Assembly: GCA_017889845.1 (NCBI GenBank)
Contig: JAGGAJ010000001.1
Coordinates: 1 to 45,904, forward strand
Source: Deltaproteobacteria bacterium
Lineage (GTDB): Bacteria > Desulfobacterota > Deferrimicrobia > Deferrimicrobiales > Deferrimicrobiaceae
DNA length: 45,904 bases
Direction: 5' to 3'
Part shown: positions 1 through 10,563 of the stretch, piece by piece
How positions within the stretch are numbered: the first letter of the stretch is position 1
Layout of the letters: each line of letters opens with the position of its first letter
Made by a program: the position numbers and the translations under genes
Notes under the pieces: model-generated
The model's database searches: none
Told to the model about the DNA's origin: nothing
What the model saw: the letters and a program-made list of their open reading frames with translations, nothing else

Positions 1-1133
1 CCCAGCAGGAACCGGTGGAACCGGGTGAAGAGGTAGCGCGAGTCGTGCGGCCCCGGGGACGCCTCCGGGTGGTACTGCACGGAGAAGCAGCGCATGGAGG
101 GGACGGAGAGCCCCTCGACCGTCCGGTCGTTCAGGTTCACGTGGGTGATCCGCGCCGCATTCCCCAGCGAGTCGGCGTCCACGGAGAAGTTGTGGTTCTG
201 GCTGGTGATCTCCACCTTTCCCGTGGCGAGGTCCTTCACCGGCTGGTTGCACCCGTGGTGGCCGAATTTCAGCTTGAAGGTCCTCCCCCCCAGCGCGAGC
301 CCCATGATCTGGTGCCCGAGGCAGATGCCGAACACCGGGACCTTCCCGAGAACCTTCCGGGCCGCCTCGACGGCGTACGGCACCCCTTCGGGATCCCCCG
401 GTCCGTTGGACAGGAAGACGCCGTCCGGTTTCCGGGCGAGGATCTCCTCCGCCGTCGTGGAGGCGGGGACGACGGTCACGTCGAACCCGTTGGCCACCAT
501 CATCCGGAGGATGTTCTGCTTGATTCCGTAGTCCACCGCGACGATCCGGGGCACGCGGCCAAACCGGTCCCGGTATTCGGATGCGGGGAGGTATCCTTTC
601 TCCAGGTCCCAGTCTCCGGTGTCCCAATGGAGGACGCGGTCGGTGGTGACTTCCCGGACCAGGTCGCGGCCGACGATCGACGGCAGGTCCCGGGCCCTCC
701 GCGAGAGGCGTTCCGGATCGAGGTCCACTGCGGAGATCACCGCCATCTGGGATCCGCCGTCCCGGAGGCGGCGCGTGAGCGCGCGGGTGTCGATCCCGGC
801 GATCCCGCAGATGTGGTACCGGCGCAGGTAGCCGTCGAGCGACTCCACGTGACGCCAGCTCGACGGGGGTCTCCACGCCTCCCGCACGACGAACCCCTCC
901 ACCCAGGGGCGGTTGGACTCCACGTCTTCCGGGTTGACTCCGGTGTTGCCGATCTCGGGGTACGTCATCGTGACGATCTGCCCCTTGTAGGAAGGGTCGG
1001 TTAGGACCTCCTGGTACCCCGTCATGCTGGTGTTGAAGACGACCTCGCCGCCGCTCTCCCCTTCGTACCCGAAGGACGTCCCTTCGTACACGGTGCCGTC
1101 GGCCAGGGCGAGGACGGCTTTCCTCTCAGCCAT
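1..1133 (-). CDS. carA: carbamoyl-phosphate synthase small (glutaminase) subunit, 3' end cut by window edge
   Basis: Absent from the ORF track because it runs off the edge. Minus-strand translation from the ATG at 1131-1133 gives [49 protein letters not shown].... GATase motifs VFGICLGHQ and [15 protein letters not shown] are present. The ATG overlaps the pyrC stop (ATGGCTGA). Confidence 0.9.
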   Translation of the reverse strand, partial: MAERKAVLALADGTVYEGTSFGYEGESGGEVVFNTSMTGYQEVLTDPSYKGQIVTMTYPEIGNTGVNPEDVESNRPWVEGFVVREAWRPPSSWRHVESLDGYLRRYHICGIAGIDTRALTRRLRDGGSQMAVISAVDLDPERLSRRARDLPSIVGRDLVREVTTDRVLHWDTGDWDLEKGYLPASEYRDRFGRVPRIVAVDYGIKQNILRMMVANGFDVTVVPASTTAEEILARKPDGVFLSNGPGDPEGVPYAVEAARKVLGKVPVFGICLGHQIMGLALGGRTFKLKFGHHGCNQPVKDLATGKVEITSQNHNFSVDADSLGNAARITHVNLNDRTVEGLSVPSMRCFSVQYHPEASPGPHDSRYLFTRFHRFLL

Positions 1134-2427
1134 CGGTATCGATCCCGGACTGGCAGGAATGGCGGATCCGGCCGCCGCAGATCGTGACCGCCGCACGGCC
1201 CCGCAGCTTCCACCCGATGAACGGGCTGTTCCTCGATTTGGAGAGGATGTCCTCCTTGCGGAACTCCCACTCCGCGTCGGGGTCCACCACCGTCACGTCG
1301 GCGTCCGCCCCGGGTGCAAGCGTTCCCTTCCCCTTCAGGGAGAGGAGCCGCGCGGGCCCGGCGGAGAGCAGGTCGACCGCACGGGAAGGGGAAACCTTCC
1401 CGCCCGCCAGCAGGGCGAGGGTCAGGGGGAGGGACGTCTGCAGGCCGATGATCCCGTTGGCGGCGGCGACGAACTCGCACCGCTTGACGTAATCCTCGTG
1501 GGGGGCGTGGTCGCTTGCCACGGCGTCGATGGTCCCGTCAAGGATCCCCTCGAGGATGGCCATCCGGTCCTCCTCGCCTCTCAGGGGCGGGTTCATCTTC
1601 GCGTTCGTGTCGTACCCCTCGAGGGCTGCATCGGTCAGGGTGAAATATTGCGGCGCGGTCTCGCCGGTGACCGCGAGGCCGGCCCGCTTGGCCATCCTCA
1701 GGAGATCCACGCCCATCCGGGTGCTGATGTGCTGGATGTGCACGCGCCCTCCCGTCTGGCGGGCGAGGAGGATCTCCCGTGCGATGGCGATATCCTCCGC
1801 CGCCGCTGGGATTCCGGGGAGGCCGAGTCTCTGCGCGGTCCATCCCTCGTGCGCCGCGCCTCCCTCCGCGAGTTCCGGGTCCTCGGAGTGTGTCATGATG
1901 AGATACCCGAACGGCCTGGCGTACTCCATGGCGCGCCGCATCAGGAGGGCGCTGGCCACGGGTTTGCCGTCGTCGGAGAACGCCACGGCCCCCGCCTCGG
2001 AAAGCTCCGTGAAGTCCGTCATCTCCTTCCCCTCCAGGCCGCGGGTCACCGCGGCGACGGGGAAGACGTTGACGGCACCCTCCGTCCGGGCCTTGTCCAG
2101 GATGAACCGGGTCACCTCCGGATGGTCGTTTACGGGTTTCGTGTTCCCCATGCACGCCAGCGTGGTGAACCCTCCGGCCGCGGCGGCCAGTGTCCCCGAG
2201 CGGATGTCCTCCTTCCACTCGTACCCCGGCTCCCGGAGGTGGACGTGCATGTCGATCAATCCCGGGACCACCCACTTCCCCTCTGCGGGTATCACCCGCC
2301 CCGGAAAATTCTTCGGCGCCTCCCCGGCGAGGAATTCCCGGACCTTTCCTTCCGACAGGACCAGGTGTCCCTCCTCGTCCCGCCGGGACGCGGGGTCGAT
2401 GACCCTTCCTCCCCTAATGAGCAGCAT
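1126..2427 (-). CDS. pyrC: dihydroorotase
   Basis: Frame of ORF 1126..2520 trimmed to Met32 ([13 protein letters not shown]...). Carries the amidohydrolase metal motif [10 protein letters not shown]. Sits in a pyrR-pyrB-pyrC-carA context and overlaps the pyrB stop by 14 nt. Confidence 0.9.
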   Translation of the reverse strand: MLLIRGGRVIDPASRRDEEGHLVLSEGKVREFLAGEAPKNFPGRVIPAEGKWVVPGLIDMHVHLREPGYEWKEDIRSGTLAAAAGGFTTLACMGNTKPVNDHPEVTRFILDKARTEGAVNVFPVAAVTRGLEGKEMTDFTELSEAGAVAFSDDGKPVASALLMRRAMEYARPFGYLIMTHSEDPELAEGGAAHEGWTAQRLGLPGIPAAAEDIAIAREILLARQTGGRVHIQHISTRMGVDLLRMAKRAGLAVTGETAPQYFTLTDAALEGYDTNAKMNPPLRGEEDRMAILEGILDGTIDAVASDHAPHEDYVKRCEFVAAANGIIGLQTSLPLTLALLAGGKVSPSRAVDLLSAGPARLLSLKGKGTLAPGADADVTVVDPDAEWEFRKEDILSKSRNSPFIGWKLRGRAAVTICGGRIRHSCQSGIDTDG

Positions 2428-3346
2428 GGGAACCTCCAGCCAGAAGGTACAGGAGGGCCATCCGGACGGCGACCCCGGACGCCACCTGGTCGAGTATCCG
2501 CGACTGATCGCAATCCGCAAGGTCGTCGGACAATTCGACTCCCCGGTTGATCGGTCCGGGGTGCATGATCACCGCGTCGTCCTTGGCCAGCGAAAAAAGC
2601 GCACGGTTCAAGCCATACCTTCGACAATACTCTCTAATAGATGGAAAAAAAGATGTTTTCTGCCTCTCCAACTGGATCCTGAGCATGATGATCGCGTCGG
2701 CATCCCGGACAGCTTCCCGGATATCGCTCGTCAGCGTGGCTCCCGTCCGGGCCATTTCCCGCGGCAGCAGGGTCTCCGGGCCGCACAGCCACAACCTCGC
2801 CCCCATCCGTCCGAGGGAGTGCAGGTCGGAGCGGACGACCCGGCTGTGCAGGATGTCCCCCACGATGGCGATCTTCAGTCCGGCGACCTTGCCCTTCGCC
2901 TTGAGGATGGTGTAGAGGTCCAGAAGCCCCTGGGACGGGTGTTCGTTCGCGCCGTCCCCCGCGTTGACGATCGAGCACGACAGGTGGCGGGAGAGGAAGT
3001 GCGGGGCACCCGATGCGTAGTGCCGGATCACCAGGATGTTGGGTGTCATCGCCTCGATGTTGCGCGCCGTGTCGAGCAGGGTCTCCCCCTTGGTGATGCT
3101 GGATGTGGAGGAACTGAAGTTGACCACGTCCGCGGAGAGGCGCTTTCCCGCCATCTCGAAGGAGGTGCGGGTCCGTGTGCTCGCCTCGAAGAACAGGTTC
3201 ACCACCGTCTTGCCCCGGAGCGCCGGGACCTTCTTGATGTCGCGGGTGAGGACCTCCTCCATCGAGCGAGCCGTGTCGACGACGAACTCGATCTCCTCCG
3301 GCCGGAAGTCGGACAGCCCCAGGACGTGCCGACGTCGCCATTCCAT
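2414..3346 (-). CDS. pyrB: aspartate carbamoyltransferase catalytic subunit
   Basis: Frame of ORF 2414..3958 trimmed to MEWRRRHVLGLSDF.... Motifs STRTRTSFE and HPSQGLLD are present. The start lies 2 nt after the pyrR stop. Confidence 0.92.
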   Translation of the reverse strand: MEWRRRHVLGLSDFRPEEIEFVVDTARSMEEVLTRDIKKVPALRGKTVVNLFFEASTRTRTSFEMAGKRLSADVVNFSSSTSSITKGETLLDTARNIEAMTPNILVIRHYASGAPHFLSRHLSCSIVNAGDGANEHPSQGLLDLYTILKAKGKVAGLKIAIVGDILHSRVVRSDLHSLGRMGARLWLCGPETLLPREMARTGATLTSDIREAVRDADAIIMLRIQLERQKTSFFPSIREYCRRYGLNRALFSLAKDDAVIMHPGPINRGVELSDDLADCDQSRILDQVASGVAVRMALLYLLAGGSHAAH

Positions 3347-3348
3347 GT

Positions 3349-3909
3349 CTATTCTCCCTTCCCGGCCGGCGCCCCCGTGAGGACGACGGACCACTCGTCG
3401 GGTTCTCCTTCCACCCGCACCTCCACGGTTTCGCCCCGCGACGTGGGCACATTCCGCCCGACGTAGTCGGCCCGGATGGGGAGCTCCCGGTGCCCCCGGT
3501 CGATGAGGACGGCCAGCTGGATGTTGCGCGGGCGGCCGAAATCCATCAGTGCGTCCATGGCCGCCCGGATGGTCCGCCCCGTGTAGAGGACGTCGTCCAC
3601 AAGGATCACCTTCCTCTCGTCGATGGAGAACGGGATCTCCGTCCGTTTCAGACGCGTCTGGTACCCCGCCTTCGAGAGGTCGTCGCGGTACAGGGTGATG
3701 TCGACGAATCCCGCCGGGACCTCGACTCCCTCGATGGAGAGGATCTTCCTCCGGATCACGCGGGAAAGCGGGATCCCTCCGGAAGCGATGCCGACGAGGA
3801 CGATCTCCCCCGCCCCCTTGTTCTTCTCGAGGATCTCGTGTGTCAGGCGGGAGAGGACGCGCTCCACTCCCTTCCCGTCCAGGATGGTCTTTGCGGGGGC
3901 CTTTTTCAT
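3349..3909 (-). CDS. pyrR: bifunctional pyr operon attenuation regulator / uracil phosphoribosyltransferase PyrR
   Basis: ORF 3349..4029 trimmed to Met41 ([19 protein letters not shown]...), which is preceded by AAGGAG. PRPP loop [13 protein letters not shown] is present. A cognate RNA site lies upstream. Confidence 0.9.
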   Translation of the reverse strand: MKKAPAKTILDGKGVERVLSRLTHEILEKNKGAGEIVLVGIASGGIPLSRVIRRKILSIEGVEVPAGFVDITLYRDDLSKAGYQTRLKRTEIPFSIDERKVILVDDVLYTGRTIRAAMDALMDFGRPRNIQLAVLIDRGHRELPIRADYVGRNVPTSRGETVEVRVEGEPDEWSVVLTGAPAGKGE

Positions 3910-3956
3910 GGGGACTCCTTTCGTGCACGCCGGGGGGGTACGGCGGCCCCCGGGGC

Positions 3957-3987
3957 AAAAAAAAGCCCCTCCGCCGGGGCGGAGAGG
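3957..3987 (-). terminator. intrinsic terminator of the pyr leader (attenuator terminator)
   Basis: Minus-strand RNA reads CCUCUCCGCC-CCGG-CGGAGGGGC (about a 9-bp GC stem) followed by UUUUUUUU. It lies 48 nt upstream of the pyrR ATG and downstream of the PyrR-binding hairpin. Confidence 0.8.
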
Positions 3988-4009
3988 CACGGTGAGCGGC
4001 TGGTAAACG

Positions 4010-4046
4010 TCATCCTTTGCTAACCTCACGGGATTAGCTTAAAAGG
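4010..4046 (-). promoter_or_regulatory. PyrR-binding RNA hairpin (anti-antiterminator)
   Basis: Minus-strand RNA reads UUUUAAGCUAA-UCCCGUGAGG-UUAGCAAAGGAUGAC. It matches my recollection of the Bacillus-type PyrR site (UUUAA..UCCAGAGAGG..AAGGAU): a 5-bp stem GCUAA/UUAGC with a conserved purine-rich loop. Confidence 0.75.
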
Positions 4047-4056
4047 CCAGATCGAT

Positions 4057-4083
4057 ACTATACCGATCCCCCTCCCCCGTCAA
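4057..4083 (-). promoter_or_regulatory. sigma70-like promoter for the pyr operon
   Basis: On the minus strand: TTGACG (-35), a 15-16 nt G-rich spacer, then TATAGT (-10). It sits between the lepB stop (4097) and the PyrR site. The spacer is slightly short. Confidence 0.45.
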
Positions 4084-4096
4084 GGAGAGGGGCGGA

Positions 4097-4777
4097 CTAT
4101 TTCAGGACGTGCCCGAGCCGGTCCCACCGGACGAGTTCGGGGTACCGCCACACCTCCGTCCATCCGACCCCCCTGTTCCAGTCGATGGAAAAGTAGATGA
4201 ACAGCGCCTTCCCGATGACCGCGTCCATTTCCACGAATCCCCAGAAGCGGGAGTCGTACGACCGGTCCCGGTTGTCCCCCATCACGAAGAGCTTCCCCGC
4301 GGGCACCCGCACGGGAGGCAGGATGTCCCGTGTCCGCACGAGGAGTTCGGCGTCCATCCCGTCGGCGAACCGCGTGTACGGCTCTTCGAGGGGTTCCCCG
4401 TTGACGAGGACGGTTTTCCGCCGGATCTCCACCGTGTCGCCCGGCAGCCCGATGACGCGCTTGATGAAATCCTTGCTCGTGTCTTCCGGGAAGACGAACA
4501 CGATGATGTCCCCCCGCTTCGGCGTGGAGAACCGCAGGATCCGCCCCTTTGTGTAGGGCACATGGTATCCGTAGATGAACTTGTTGACGAAGATGTGGTC
4601 GCCCACCAGGAGCGTGTTCTCCATGGAGCTGGAAGGTATCTTGAATGCCTGGAGCAGGAGCGTGCGGACCACCAGGGCGATCAGGAGCGCCATGCCGAAC
4701 GCCTCGGCGTACTCGCGTGCCTTCCCCCCGCGTTTCCCCGGAGGGTGGATATCCGTCACCGGTGTCCTCGCCGACAT
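4097..4777 (-). CDS. lepB: signal peptidase I
   Basis: S26 family: Ser box IPSSSMENTL, motif GDNRDRSYDSRFWG, and an N-terminal TM segment. The ATG at 4777 is preceded by GAAGGGGGG. An alternative GTG at 4792 would overlap the lepA stop. Shows conserved lepA-lepB synteny. Confidence 0.9.
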   Translation of the reverse strand: MSARTPVTDIHPPGKRGGKAREYAEAFGMALLIALVVRTLLLQAFKIPSSSMENTLLVGDHIFVNKFIYGYHVPYTKGRILRFSTPKRGDIIVFVFPEDTSKDFIKRVIGLPGDTVEIRRKTVLVNGEPLEEPYTRFADGMDAELLVRTRDILPPVRVPAGKLFVMGDNRDRSYDSRFWGFVEMDAVIGKALFIYFSIDWNRGVGWTEVWRYPELVRWDRLGHVLK

Positions 4778-4788
4778 GTCGCCCCCCT

Positions 4789-6597
4789 TCACTCCTTGAC
4801 CTTCAGGATCGACAGGAACGCTTCCTGGGGGATCTCAACGGTTCCCACCTGCTTCATCCGCCTCTTCCCCTCCTTCTGCTTCTCCAGGAGCTTCCGCTTC
4901 CGCGTGATGTCGCCCCCGTAGCACTTCGCGATCACGTTCTTCCGGATCGCCTTGACCGACTCCCGCGCGATGACCTTCGACCCGATCGCCGCCTGGATGA
5001 CCACTTCGAACATCTGCCGTGGGATCAGCTTCCGCAGCCGCTCGGTGACCTCCCTCCCCTTCGGGTATGCGCTTTCCCGGTGGACGATGAGGGAGAGGGC
5101 GTCCACCTTGTCTCCGTTCAGGAGGATGTCGAGCTTCACCAGGCTGGACCGGCGGAACTCGTGGAATTCGTAGTCCATGGAGGCGTAGCCGCGGGAGGCG
5201 GTCTTGAGCTTGTCGTAGAAGTCGAGGACGATCTCGTTCAGCGGGAGCTCGTACTCCAGGATGACCCGGTTCGTGGAGACGAATTTCATCTGGCGCTGGA
5301 CCCCGCGCCGCTCCTCGCACAGCTTGAGGATCCCCCCGAGGTACTCCGCCGGGAGGTGGATCGTGGCGAGGATCAGCGGCTCCTCGATGTGGTCCAGCTC
5401 CAGCGGCTCGGGAAGGCGGGCGGGGCTGTCCACCTCCACCACGGACCCGTCCGTCTTCACCGCGCGATACCCGACGGTGGGTGCCGTGGTGATCAGCTCC
5501 ACGCCGTACTCCCGCTCGAGGCGCTCCTGGACGATCTCCATGTGAAGAAGGCCCAGGAACCCGCACCGGAAGCCGAACCCCAGCGCGACGGAGGTCTCCG
5601 GTTCGGCGGTGAAGGAGGAGTCGTTCAGGCGGAGTTTCTCGATGGCGGTGCGCAGCTGGGCGTACTGATCCGAGGCGACGGGATACACGCCGGCGAACAC
5701 CATCGGCCGGACGACCTTGAACCCCGGCAGCGGCATCGCGGCGGGACGCCGCGAGTCGGTGATCGTGTCCCCCACCTTCGTCTCCGTGAGTTCCTTGACG
5801 TTGGCGATGACGAACCCCACCTCACCGGTGCAAAGCCGCTCCACCTCCTGGGGATGGGGGGAGAAGACGCCCACTTTCTGCACCTCGAAGGTGTTTCCGG
5901 TGGCCATGAAGGTGATCCGCTGCCCCGGCCGGACAGACCCGTCGAACACCCGCGCAAGGACCACGACCCCTACGTAGTTGTCGAACCACGAGTCGATGAT
6001 GAGCGCCTTCACCGGGGCTTCGGGATCCCCCTGCGGGGGGGGGACCTGCCGGACGATCCGCTCAAGCAGCTCCGGGACGCCGGTCCCCTTCTTCGCGCTC
6101 ACCTGGAGCATCCCGGACGTGTCGAGGCCGATGACGTCCTCGATCTCCCTCCGCACGCGTTCCGGCTCCGCGTTCGGGAGGTCGATCTTGTTGAGGACCG
6201 GCAGGACCTCGAGGTTCTGGTCCAGGGCCAGGTACACGTTGGCCAGCGTCTGCGCCTCCACACCCTGGGACGCGTCCACAACCAGGACCGCCCCCTCGCA
6301 GGCGCACAGGCTCCGCGATACCTCGTAGGAGAAGTCCACGTGCCCGGGGGTGTCGATCAGGTTGAGCTGGTATTCGCTCCCGTCCGGGGAGAGGTACCGC
6401 ATCCGGACGGTCTGGGCCTTGATGGTGATCCCCCGTTCCCGCTCGAGGTCCATCTTGTCGAGGAACTGGTCGACCTTCTCCCGCTCCGACAGGGTGCCGG
6501 TGATCTCCAGCAACCGGTCGGCCAGGGTGGACTTCCCGTGGTCGATGTGGGCGATGATGGAGAAGTTGCGGATGTTTCCGATGCGCATGCCTACCAT
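4789..6597 (-). CDS. lepA: translation elongation factor 4 (LepA)
   Basis: GTPase motifs AHIDHGKST and DTPGHVDF; the full-length 602 aa reads as LepA throughout. An alternative ATG at 6588 (MRIGNIRNF...) lies 2 nt after the upstream stop. Confidence 0.95.
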   Translation of the reverse strand: MVGMRIGNIRNFSIIAHIDHGKSTLADRLLEITGTLSEREKVDQFLDKMDLERERGITIKAQTVRMRYLSPDGSEYQLNLIDTPGHVDFSYEVSRSLCACEGAVLVVDASQGVEAQTLANVYLALDQNLEVLPVLNKIDLPNAEPERVRREIEDVIGLDTSGMLQVSAKKGTGVPELLERIVRQVPPPQGDPEAPVKALIIDSWFDNYVGVVVLARVFDGSVRPGQRITFMATGNTFEVQKVGVFSPHPQEVERLCTGEVGFVIANVKELTETKVGDTITDSRRPAAMPLPGFKVVRPMVFAGVYPVASDQYAQLRTAIEKLRLNDSSFTAEPETSVALGFGFRCGFLGLLHMEIVQERLEREYGVELITTAPTVGYRAVKTDGSVVEVDSPARLPEPLELDHIEEPLILATIHLPAEYLGGILKLCEERRGVQRQMKFVSTNRVILEYELPLNEIVLDFYDKLKTASRGYASMDYEFHEFRRSSLVKLDILLNGDKVDALSLIVHRESAYPKGREVTERLRKLIPRQMFEVVIQAAIGSKVIARESVKAIRKNVIAKCYGGDITRKRKLLEKQKEGKRRMKQVGTVEIPQEAFLSILKVKE

Positions 6598-7529
6598 CTG
6601 CCGGAGGATTTCACCTTGTCGCGGAAGTACGCCAGCGTGAGGGCGAGCCCGTCGTCCAGTGATTTTTCAGGATACCATCCCAGCTCGTTGTACGCCAATG
6701 CGTTCTCGATGACGGAGCGGCGCTGCTCCCCCGGCATCGCGGGGCCGTGGATCTCCTCCTGGCGGCTCCCGGAGAGGTCCCGGAGCTTCCGGAAGAGCGT
6801 GTTCACGTCCGTTTCGATCCCGGTGCCGATGTTGATCGCAAGCCCGTCCCCCCGCGTCAGGGCGGCCAGGTTGGCACGCACCACGTCCCCCACGTAGACG
6901 TAGTCCCGCGTCTGCTCCCCGTCGCCGTTCACGATTGCCGTCTGGCCCCGGAGAAGACGTTCCGAGAAGATGGCCACGACGCCCGCCTCGCCGTGCGGGT
7001 CCTGTCGCGGCCCGTACACGTTCGCGTACCGGAGGGCGGTGTACGAAAGCCCGTACTGGGCGCGGTAGAAGTGGAGGTAGAGCTCGACGGAGACCTTCGC
7101 CACCCCGTATGGGGAAACGGGCCGGAGCGGATGACTCTCGTCCGCGGGGAACTCCTCCTGCTCCCCGTACCCCGCGCCCCCGGAGGATGCGAAGATCACC
7201 TTCCGGACTTCCGCCGAGCGCGCCGCCTCCAGGAGCGTCAGCGACCCGAGGATGTTTTCCCGCGCGTCGAACACCGGTTCGGCCACCGACCGGCGGACGT
7301 TGATCTGCGCCGCGTGGTGGTTGATCACCTCCGGATGGAACGTACGGACCGCCTCGGCGGCGGTGTCCGATCCCACGTCGCAGAATACGAAGCGCGCCCC
7401 GGGAGGGACGTTTCCTTCCTTCCCGGAAGAAAGGTTGTCCAGTACGAGGACCTCATGGCCCGCTTCTACGTATGCCGCCGCGACGTGGGAGCCGATGAAA
7501 CCCGCCCCTCCGGTGACCAGGATGCGCAT
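6591..7529 (-). CDS. NAD-dependent sugar-nucleotide epimerase/dehydratase (extended SDR, GalE-like); substrate not assignable
   Basis: ORF 6591..7589 trimmed to [15 protein letters not shown]..., preceded by GGAGGGAG. Carries a Rossmann GxxGxxG motif and the catalytic YGVAK (YxxxK). Confidence 0.8.
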   Translation of the reverse strand: MRILVTGGAGFIGSHVAAAYVEAGHEVLVLDNLSSGKEGNVPPGARFVFCDVGSDTAAEAVRTFHPEVINHHAAQINVRRSVAEPVFDARENILGSLTLLEAARSAEVRKVIFASSGGAGYGEQEEFPADESHPLRPVSPYGVAKVSVELYLHFYRAQYGLSYTALRYANVYGPRQDPHGEAGVVAIFSERLLRGQTAIVNGDGEQTRDYVYVGDVVRANLAALTRGDGLAINIGTGIETDVNTLFRKLRDLSGSRQEEIHGPAMPGEQRRSVIENALAYNELGWYPEKSLDDGLALTLAYFRDKVKSSGRW

Positions 7530-7531
7530 GC

Positions 7532-8413
7532 CTATCTCCCTCCTTTTCCGACAATGGATTCGAGGAACTCGCCCGCCGCCTCTTCCCACGAGCGGGGGGA
7601 TTCCCCCGTGATCCGCCTGTACCTTTCCTTGCTGAGGACGGCATACGAAGGCCGCTTGGCGGGGTACGGAAGGTCCCGGGTCAGCGCCGGAAACAGCGGC
7701 GCTCCCGCCATCCCCGATCGTTCCAGCACGTACCTAGCGAGGCCGTACCAGGTCGTCTCCCCTTCGCTGGAGAAATGCACCGTGCCCCTGGCCCCCGCGT
7801 CCAGAAGTTTCAGGACGGCCTTCGCGAGGTCCCCCGCGAACGTGGGGCAGCCGGTCTGGTCGGATGCCACCCGGAGCGTCTCCCCCAGCCGCGCCTTCCC
7901 GAGGATCGTGAGGATGAAGTTCCCGCCTCCCGCGCCGTAGAGCCACTGGGTGCGGACCAGGAGATGCTCGGTCCCCGCCTCCCGCAGGGCCTCCTCGGCG
8001 GCCAGCTTGCTTTTCCCGTAGGCGGAGAGAGGCAGGACGGGATCTTCTTCCCGGTACGGGCGGGACGCCATACCGTCGAAGACGTAGTCGGTCCCGAAGG
8101 TCACCAGGAGGATCCCGCGCTCCCGGCAGACACGAGCCATGTTCCCGGTTCCCAACGCGTTGACGGCGTGCGCCCGTTCCGGCTCGACCTCCGCCCGGTC
8201 GACCGCCGTGTAGGCGGCGCAGTGGATCGCCACTTCCGGGCGGAACCCTTCGATCTCCCGGAAGCATTCCGGGAGGATCGTCACGTCGCACTCCTCCCGG
8301 TCCGTGACCCGCAGTTCGAAGCGGCCGTGAAACGCCTCCACGATCTCCTTCCCGAGCAGGCCGCGTCCGCCTGTGATCAGAACCCGTCCCGAGCGACCCT
8401 CCCCGCGGCTCAT
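7532..8413 (-). CDS. rmlD: dTDP-4-dehydrorhamnose reductase-like (RmlD family)
   Basis: ORF 7532..8947 trimmed to the ATG at 8413 (MSRGEGRSGRVLITGGRGLLGKE...). YGKSK (YxxxK) is present and the protein reads as RmlD along its whole length. ATGA overlap with the lptD stop. Confidence 0.8.
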   Translation of the reverse strand: MSRGEGRSGRVLITGGRGLLGKEIVEAFHGRFELRVTDREECDVTILPECFREIEGFRPEVAIHCAAYTAVDRAEVEPERAHAVNALGTGNMARVCRERGILLVTFGTDYVFDGMASRPYREEDPVLPLSAYGKSKLAAEEALREAGTEHLLVRTQWLYGAGGGNFILTILGKARLGETLRVASDQTGCPTFAGDLAKAVLKLLDAGARGTVHFSSEGETTWYGLARYVLERSGMAGAPLFPALTRDLPYPAKRPSYAVLSKERYRRITGESPRSWEEAAGEFLESIVGKGGR

Positions 8414-10563
8414 TTCCCCACCGACCCGATCCCCTTGAGGTTGAAGGTCAGCTTCACGCTCGTGTCCCTTGGCTGGTTCTTCCTGTCGACGGTGAGGCCG
8501 ACGCCCCAGCAGTCGCTTCGCGGGTTGACCGTGAAGCCCGCGGAGGCGTCGGTGAAATACCCGCTCTTGAGGGAGTAGTTCGCCTGCGCCTGCAATTTCA
8601 GGAAGCGCGCGAGACGCCAGGCGAAGAGACCGTGCACATCCTGCGCCAGGTTCTGGGTCGTACGGTATTCGGCCGCTAGCCGGTGGTCGTCGTCCTTCTT
8701 CCATTCCCCCCCGACCGCGGAGGTTACAAAGGAGGTCGCCATGGGGTCGAAGAGGGCTTCCGCCAGGAATTTCCAGCGCTTTCCGGGCGTCAGCGTGAAC
8801 CGCGCGTAGATGTCGGACGCGGCGTTGTTGCCGGATGGGAGCCCTTCTGCCGTGCTGATCTGGGACTGCAGCGTCCGGACGAACGGGGAGAGGGGATCCA
8901 CGTAGGGCGACGGGGGAGGGATCTTTCCGCCGATGTCGTATGCCCACTCGATGTACAGGGCCGCAAGCTCCCTCGGGGACGCGCCGTCCTTCACCCCGAG
9001 GAAACGCTGGGCGAGGGTCAGGACGAACTGGTTTTGCGGGGCGATCCGGGACCAGCGGTCGGTCACGGGGATGTTGTCCTGTGCGACTTCGGGCACGTAC
9101 CGGTACCCGACCGCCGATCCCACCACGTGGACGTATCCCTCCTCCCCGTCCGGGAAATCCTTCCTCGCCTCGATGGAAAGCGTCGCGCCTCCACCCGGCA
9201 CAACGCGACCCGCGTTCTCCGACCCCCCCTCAGAAGGCAGATCGTGCCGGTCTCCCAGCAGGTTCACGAAGAGGTACGGCGTCAGGGAAACCGACGGGTA
9301 CATCTCCATGCTGCGGGAAATCGTCGCGAAAACGTTCCCCCGCAATTCCATGTTCCCGTCCTGGCGGTAGAAATTCGTGGCCTGGAACTCTCCCCCTGCG
9401 TCGATCCCGACGACCGGTATCGTGGCGGGCAGGAGGGTCGCCGTGTATTCGGGAAGTCGCTGGACAGTGTTGTCCTGGGCCGGGGGGTTTTCCAGCTCCC
9501 GGTACCAGGTGGCGGAAAGCTCCTCCGACCAACTCCCCCCGGAAAGCCCCACGAATCCGGTGGCCTGGGCCTGGCGCGCCGACCGCAGGTACTCCGAATC
9601 CTGGAGGTCCACGTAGTACTGGTTGTCCGAGGGGATGTCCCACCGCGCGTTGGCCGTCCATCTGCCCGATGCGTAGGTGTTCGCACCCCACGTGCGCCAG
9701 CGGGTGGCGTGCGCTTCCATATCGCGGAAATACACTCCCCGGAAAACCCCTTCCGAAGCCGGGTTGAGGACGAACCGGTACTCCGCCTCCGGTTGAAATC
9801 CCGCCTTCGTCATGGCGTTCAGCGTGATCGTCGCGTCGCTCCAGCGGTTGATCGCCCAGTAGAACGGCACCGTCAGCGTGAACCCCCTGTACTGGTTCGA
9901 GGAGAAGGAAGGCAGCAGGAAACCGGTCTGTCGCGCAATCTTCACGGGGAACGCCCCCCACGGGAGCCACAGCACGGGGACGCCGCGGATCCGGAATGTC
10001 ACGTCCCTTCCGTACGCGTAGTCGTCGATGGTCACCTTCGCGTGGCGGAGGGTGAACTTCCAGTCCGGTTCCGGGTCGCATGGGCACGTGGTCAGGGACC
10101 CTTTATCGATGGTGAAGGATTGCTTCCCGGTCTTCTCTATGCGTTCGCTGGCGAGGAGATAGTTGTTCGTCCGTACCCGGATGGTCCCGTTGTATAGGAC
10201 GCCGGTCTCGTCGTCCAGATTCATCGTGACCCGGTCGAAGGAAAACTCCTCGTCCTCGTCTCTGTACCGCACCTGCCCCGCGAATTCGGCATCCCCCGAC
10301 CGGTAGTCGTACCGGATCCGGTCCGCCTTCATCGAGCGGTTCCCCACCGCGAGTTCCACGTTCCCCTCGGCCAGCGCCACACCGGCAACCTCGTCGTATG
10401 CGACGTTGTCGGCCGTCAGGTGCACGGGCCCATCCAGGCTGATCCCCCTCCCCATTTTCAGGCTCTGGATGGCGTCGCGGGGGGATTTCGTTTCCTCCCC
10501 GGTGGAAGGGGAAGGCGCCGCGGCAAGCAGGATAACGAACCCGGTGACGACGAGCCTTCTCAC
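8410..10563 (-). CDS. lptD: LPS-assembly outer membrane protein LptD (OstA)
   Basis: ORF 8410..11499 trimmed to the GTG at 10563 ([21 protein letters not shown]..., a signal-like N-terminus). An OstA_N-like region (HLTADNVAYDE...AEGNVEL...ADRIRYD) is followed by a large C-terminal barrel (FLLPSFSSNQYRGFTLTVPFYWAI). The GTG overlaps the folC TGA (GTGA). Confidence 0.85.
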   Translation of the reverse strand: MRRLVVTGFVILLAAAPSPSTGEETKSPRDAIQSLKMGRGISLDGPVHLTADNVAYDEVAGVALAEGNVELAVGNRSMKADRIRYDYRSGDAEFAGQVRYRDEDEEFSFDRVTMNLDDETGVLYNGTIRVRTNNYLLASERIEKTGKQSFTIDKGSLTTCPCDPEPDWKFTLRHAKVTIDDYAYGRDVTFRIRGVPVLWLPWGAFPVKIARQTGFLLPSFSSNQYRGFTLTVPFYWAINRWSDATITLNAMTKAGFQPEAEYRFVLNPASEGVFRGVYFRDMEAHATRWRTWGANTYASGRWTANARWDIPSDNQYYVDLQDSEYLRSARQAQATGFVGLSGGSWSEELSATWYRELENPPAQDNTVQRLPEYTATLLPATIPVVGIDAGGEFQATNFYRQDGNMELRGNVFATISRSMEMYPSVSLTPYLFVNLLGDRHDLPSEGGSENAGRVVPGGGATLSIEARKDFPDGEEGYVHVVGSAVGYRYVPEVAQDNIPVTDRWSRIAPQNQFVLTLAQRFLGVKDGASPRELAALYIEWAYDIGGKIPPPSPYVDPLSPFVRTLQSQISTAEGLPSGNNAASDIYARFTLTPGKRWKFLAEALFDPMATSFVTSAVGGEWKKDDDHRLAAEYRTTQNLAQDVHGLFAWRLARFLKLQAQANYSLKSGYFTDASAGFTVNPRSDCWGVGLTVDRKNQPRDTSVKLTFNLKGIGSVGK

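Noticed and set aside
4645-6897. Very long plus-strand ORFs. Examples: 4645..6897 (750 aa), 27491..29929 (812 aa), 37142..39460 (772 aa), 42381..44219 (612 aa), 1529..3466 (645 aa), 21945..23507 (520 aa).
   Set aside because: Each lies antisense to strongly supported minus-strand genes (lepA, feoB, six r-protein genes, and others), and some even run across intergenic spacers. Their translations are Arg/Pro/Gly/Asp/His-rich low-complexity strings with no recognisable motifs. Stop codons are simply rare in GC-rich antisense frames.
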